Source: an uncultured Oscillospiraceae bacterium
GTDB taxonomy: Bacteria; Bacillota; Clostridia; Christensenellales; CAG-138
Assembly (NCBI GenBank): GCA_964490325.1
Contig: CAZBBX010000002.1
Coordinates: forward strand, 253-64,252
Direction: 5' to 3'
Length of the DNA: 64,000 bases
A program made the position numbers and the translations under genes. The notes beneath the pieces were generated by a model, which saw only the letters and a program-made list of their open reading frames with translations, ran no database searches and was not told the origin of the DNA. This document shows positions 60,227 through 64,000 of the stretch, one piece after another (position 1 is the stretch's first letter; every line of letters starts with the position of its first letter).

Positions 60227-62163
60227 AGGCCTATCGCGGTGTGATCGCCATTCTGTGTACGGCGTTTGCCTGTGCGGACGTCTGCTTCTTCCTCTACCAC
60301 TGGACTTGGGGCCTTGGCGCTTTGGCGCTGTCCCTTGTGGTGCTGCTCGTTATCATCCTGTGGCTCAGCGCCATTCGCCGCCGCGACCAAGAGCATATGG
60401 ACGCAGTGTTCGGCGAGAATCAGACCGCCTCCTCGCAGGTGATCGACAGCATTGCCATCCCCTCCGTCTTGACCGATGCGGACGGACGCATCGTTTGGCG
60501 CAACGCCGCGTTCCAAGCGCTCTTTGCAGGCAAGCAGCTCAAGGAGCTGCTGCCGCAGTACAGTGAGCGAACGCCCTTGGCCGTCCTGCAGCAGGAGATC
60601 TCCGGCAGCAGCTTTCAGGTGATGAGCATGAACGTCCGCCGCAAGAACGCGGCGCGGCAGCTCTTTTTCCGCTACTTCATCGACCGCACGGAAGCGGCGC
60701 ATTACCAGCGCCTGTACACCGAGCAGATGCCCTACGTCATGCTCATCTATGTGGACAACTACGACGAGCTGGCAGGCGATCTGCAATTCCACCGCAACGC
60801 GGTCTTGGCCGAGGTGGAACGGCTCATCTCGGAGAGCTGCAAACGCTTGGGCGGTCTGTACACGCGCTATGAAAGCGGAAAGTTCCTCTGCGTCCTTGAG
60901 GCGGAGGCGCTGCGCAGCTTGGAAAAGGAAGGTTTTCAGCTTCTGGAGGCCGCGCACCGCATCGATACGGGCACCGCAAACGCTGTGTCCCTCTCCGTAG
61001 CCGTGGGTGCAGCGCCGCGTATCGCCCAGTCGGAGGAGAGCGCTCGCCTTGCCATGGAGCTTGCCTTGGGTCGCGGCGGCGATCAGGTGGTCGTTCGCGA
61101 CGGCGCAGCCTATCGCTTCTACGGCGGCAAACGACAGGCCGAAACGCGGCAGTCCCGTGTGAAGGCGCGGCTGTTCTCCAAGGCGCTTCGGCAGCTGATG
61201 GAGAACAACGGCGACGTGTTCGTCATGGGACACAAGAACGCCGACATGGATTGCCTCGGCTCGATGCTGGGCATCATCAGCTGCGCAAAGTGCGTGGGCA
61301 GGCGAGGCTACATGGTGCTGGAGCATTCCAACCCCACCATCAGCGACGCCTATGCGCGCATGAAGCAGGACGGCAGCGCCGACCAGCTCATCATCACCCC
61401 CGATCAGGCCGTGGGGATGCTGCGTCCCAACAGCGTCCTTGTGATCGTGGATACGCAGCGCGCAAGCACGGTCGAGGCGCCTATTTTGCTGGAGAATGCG
61501 CAGCGGCTCGTGCTGATCGACCATCACCGCCGCAGTGCCGACTATATCGACAATGCAACGCTGCATTACTTGGAGTCGCGTGCCTCCTCCGCCTGTGAGA
61601 TGGTGACGGAGATCATTCAGTATTTCGACGAAGCCGTCCGTCCAAGCGCCTTTGTGTGCAGCACGCTGTTGGCGGGCATCACCGTGGACACCAAGCAGTT
61701 TGCCTTCAACGTCGGCTCCCGCACCTTTGACGCGGCGGGCTACCTAAGGCGCAACGGCGCCGACCTGAGCGCTGTCAAGCTGATGTTCCAAAACGACTAC
61801 GCCACCTACGTCAACTGCGCCAAGACCGTGGAACGGGCGGAGCTTCGCAAGAGCGGCATTGCTATCTCCTATGTGGAGACGAACACCGACAACAGCAAGC
61901 TCATCGCGGCGCGCTCCGCCGACGAGCTGCTGGGCATTCGCGGCGTGATGGCGGCCTTTGTACTGGGTGAAGATGGGGACAGCATCGCCATCTCCGGCCG
62001 CAGCTATGGGCGGATCAACGTACAGCTCGTGCTGGAAAAGTTAGGCGGCGGCGGTCATTTGACGATCGCAGGCGCACAGCTCAAGGGCGTGAGTATGGAC
62101 GAGGCTCGGAAACTGTTGGAAGACTGCGTAGCGGGCTTTGAGTCCGCAAACGCAGCAGAATAA
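60223..62163 (+). CDS. gdpP: Cyclic-di-AMP phosphodiesterase GdpP (TM-PAS-degenerate GGDEF-DHH/DHHA1)
   Basis: Two N-terminal TM helices, a PAS-like region (PSVLTDADGRIVWRN), DHH motifs VMGHKNADMDCLGS, VIVDTQR, IDHH, and the DHHA1 motif GGGGH. Confidence 0.88.
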   Translation: MKAYRGVIAILCTAFACADVCFFLYHWTWGLGALALSLVVLLVIILWLSAIRRRDQEHMDAVFGENQTASSQVIDSIAIPSVLTDADGRIVWRNAAFQALFAGKQLKELLPQYSERTPLAVLQQEISGSSFQVMSMNVRRKNAARQLFFRYFIDRTEAAHYQRLYTEQMPYVMLIYVDNYDELAGDLQFHRNAVLAEVERLISESCKRLGGLYTRYESGKFLCVLEAEALRSLEKEGFQLLEAAHRIDTGTANAVSLSVAVGAAPRIAQSEESARLAMELALGRGGDQVVVRDGAAYRFYGGKRQAETRQSRVKARLFSKALRQLMENNGDVFVMGHKNADMDCLGSMLGIISCAKCVGRRGYMVLEHSNPTISDAYARMKQDGSADQLIITPDQAVGMLRPNSVLVIVDTQRASTVEAPILLENAQRLVLIDHHRRSADYIDNATLHYLESRASSACEMVTEIIQYFDEAVRPSAFVCSTLLAGITVDTKQFAFNVGSRTFDAAGYLRRNGADLSAVKLMFQNDYATYVNCAKTVERAELRKSGIAISYVETNTDNSKLIAARSADELLGIRGVMAAFVLGEDGDSIAISGRSYGRINVQLVLEKLGGGGHLTIAGAQLKGVSMDEARKLLEDCVAGFESANAAE

Positions 62164-62211
62164 GATCAGACGGCGTGCCGCAGCGCCGCCGTTAGCAAGG
62201 AGGATCGTATC

Positions 62212-62652
62212 ATGCAGGTACTATTGGAGCAGGATGTAAAAGGAACGGGCAAAAAGGGCGACATCGTTAACGTGTCCGATGGCTTTGCGCGCAACTATCT
62301 GTTGCCGCGCAAGCTTGCTTCCCCCGCAGACGCAGCCGCCGTCAATGCCATGAACATTCAAAAGAGCGCCGCGCAGCACAGGCGTTTTCAGGCGGGTCTG
62401 AAGGCGCAGGAGGATGTGAAGCGTTTGGAGAACACCGTTGTGACCATCCACGCACGTGTGGGCGAAGGCGGAAAGCTCTTTGGCGCTGTGACAGGCAAAG
62501 AGATCGCCGCCGCTCTGTCGGAGCAGAAGGGCATCGAACTGGACAAGAAAAAGATCCAGACCGCGCCCATCCGCGCCACGGGCGAGTACAGCGTCAAGGC
62601 AAGCCTGTTTGAAGGCGTCGCCACGACCTTCCGCGTCATCGTCAAGGAATAG
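62212..62652 (+). CDS. rplI: 50S ribosomal protein L9
   Basis: MQVLLEQDVKGTGKKGDIVNVSDGFARNYLLPRKLA. Confidence 0.95.
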   Translation: MQVLLEQDVKGTGKKGDIVNVSDGFARNYLLPRKLASPADAAAVNAMNIQKSAAQHRRFQAGLKAQEDVKRLENTVVTIHARVGEGGKLFGAVTGKEIAAALSEQKGIELDKKKIQTAPIRATGEYSVKASLFEGVATTFRVIVKE

Positions 62653-62654
62653 CA

Positions 62655-63992
62655 ATGGAAGCGTCTCCCGAAAGAGTCCTTCCCCATAACGCAGAGGCCG
62701 AGCGCTCCGTCTTGGGCGCCATGCTTTTGGAACTCGACGCGCTGGAGCAGATGCTTGAGCAGCTGCGCGCCGAGGACTTTTATGTGGCCGCCAACCGCGA
62801 GATCTTTGCCGCCATGCGCGACATCCGTGTCCGCGGCAGCGCGGTCGATCTTGTGACGCTCACAAACGAACTGGCAAGCCACGGCAAACTGGACATGGCG
62901 GGAGGTTCCGTCTACCTGACCGAGCTGATCGGCAGCGTGCCAACCGCCGCGAACGTGGCGTATTACGGCAGCATCGTCGAAAGCCGCAGCGTACAGCGCG
63001 GGCTGATCGCCGCAGGCAACGAGATGATACGCGACGGCATGAGCGACGACAAGGAGGTCGAGGATTCCCTAAACGCCGCGGAACGCCGCATCTACGACAT
63101 CTCCATGCGCAAGACGGAGGATTCCCTCTCCCCCATCAGCGAGATCATCCCCGATGCCATCAACGAGATTGGCGCTTTAGCCGCAAGGCAGGGCAAGCTG
63201 ACAGGCGTGGCTACGGGCTTCCGCGAATTTGACCGCATCACGAACGGCCTGCAAAAGAGCGACCTGATCATCGTGGCGGGACGTCCCGCTATGGGCAAGT
63301 CCGCCTTTGCCATGAACATCGCCCAGTACGCCGCGCTGCACAACGACCGCCGCGTGGTCTACTTCAGCTTGGAGATGAGCAAGGAGCAGTTGGTGATGCG
63401 CGCTCTTTGCACGGAGGCCGCCGTCGAATCGCAGAAGATCAAGGAAGGGCGCATGACCGATGAGGAGATGACCCGCATCTTGGAGGCGGCCGATCCCATG
63501 CAGCAAAGCAAGATCCATATCGACGACACAGGCGGCGTGACCGTCGCCTCGATCCGCTCCAAATGCCGCCGCCTGAAGGCTCGCGAGGGGCTGGATCTGA
63601 TCGTCATCGACTACATGCAGTTGATGCAGGGCACGGGCATGGCGCAGCGCAAGAACGACAACCGTCAGCAGGAGATCTCCGACATGACCCGCGCCATGAA
63701 GCTGCTTGCGCGTGAGTTGGACGTCCCCATCATTCTGTTGGCCCAGCTCAACCGCGGACCCGAAACGCGTACCGACCACCGCCCCATCATCGCCGACCTG
63801 CGCGAGAGCGGATCCATTGAGCAGGACGCCGACATGGTGGTGCTGCTCTACCGCGAGCAGGTCTACGATCCCACTGCCGACAACACGGCGGAAGCCATCA
63901 TCGCCAAGCATCGGCACGGACCCATCGGCACCGTGGAGCTGGCATGGCAGGGTGAGTATACCCGCTTTATGAACTTGGCTCGCGAGAATTAG
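62655..63992 (+). CDS. dnaB: Replicative DNA helicase
   Basis: LPHNAEAERSVLGAMLL..GFREFDRITNGLQKSDLIIVAGRPAMGKSAFAMNIA..YFSLEMS..IVIDYMQLM..ISDMTRAMKLLARELDVPIILLAQLNR..LRESGSIEQDADMV. Confidence 0.95.
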   Translation: MEASPERVLPHNAEAERSVLGAMLLELDALEQMLEQLRAEDFYVAANREIFAAMRDIRVRGSAVDLVTLTNELASHGKLDMAGGSVYLTELIGSVPTAANVAYYGSIVESRSVQRGLIAAGNEMIRDGMSDDKEVEDSLNAAERRIYDISMRKTEDSLSPISEIIPDAINEIGALAARQGKLTGVATGFREFDRITNGLQKSDLIIVAGRPAMGKSAFAMNIAQYAALHNDRRVVYFSLEMSKEQLVMRALCTEAAVESQKIKEGRMTDEEMTRILEAADPMQQSKIHIDDTGGVTVASIRSKCRRLKAREGLDLIVIDYMQLMQGTGMAQRKNDNRQQEISDMTRAMKLLARELDVPIILLAQLNRGPETRTDHRPIIADLRESGSIEQDADMVVLLYREQVYDPTADNTAEAIIAKHRHGPIGTVELAWQGEYTRFMNLAREN

Positions 63993-64000
63993 TTGACCGC

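Noticed and set aside
60142-61566. 474-aa minus-strand ORF opposite gdpP.
   Set aside because: gdpP has DHH/DHHA1 motifs and conserved synteny (yybS-gdpP-rplI-dnaB). The antisense ORF has none.
1-64000. CRISPR arrays, rRNA genes, IS elements, toxin-antitoxin or classical defence systems.
   Set aside because: Reading both strands showed no regularly spaced direct repeats, no rRNA-like sequence, no transposase-like ORF, and no nuclease/ATPase/methylase gene sets.

Overview
This 64-kb window looks like chromosomal DNA from a GC-rich, spore-forming Firmicute, probably a Clostridia/Oscillospiraceae-like organism. The evidence is spoIIP, the yybS-gdpP-rplI-dnaB synteny, a T-box leader and dockerin domains. 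Most of the window is housekeeping: udk, mtaD, ileS with an Ile T-box, a nadD-yqeK fusion, rsfS, pgi, a SEDS protein, asd-dapA-dapB, rplI, dnaB and tRNA-Lys(CUU).

Four regions stand out:
1. 23.2-29.6 kb holds a compact 10-gene bacterial microcompartment (BMC) operon. Its only cargo candidates are two DeoC/DERA-type aldolases with encapsulation-peptide-like N-termini, PduL and a PduS/RnfC-like Fe-S flavoprotein. The shell genes are 2 BMC-H, 1 PduT-like BMC-T and 3 BMC-P. There is no aldehyde dehydrogenase, alcohol dehydrogenase or regulator in the locus. This is my top candidate for an uncharacterised system.
2. 31.8-39.7 kb is a visibly AT-richer operon of eight consecutive orphan lipoprotein genes behind one consensus promoter. 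It has two frame-disrupted genes and a conserved junction module containing short ORFs.
3. A non-cellulosomal cohesin/dockerin set comprises an adaptor at 0.5-1.4 kb, a dockerin-bearing 5'-nucleotidase at 13.2-15.7 kb, and a 1,571-aa S8 protease with an internal dockerin at 15.9-20.6 kb. The two enzymes share a C-terminal tandem module.
4. An orphan HPr-kinase-like P-loop protein plus a PqqD-like protein is translationally coupled to the end of the asd-dapA-dapB operon.

All calls come from reading the supplied ORF translations and the DNA by eye. No searches or statistics were run. Start codons were chosen by inspecting Shine-Dalgarno spacing, and family assignments are motif-based recollection.
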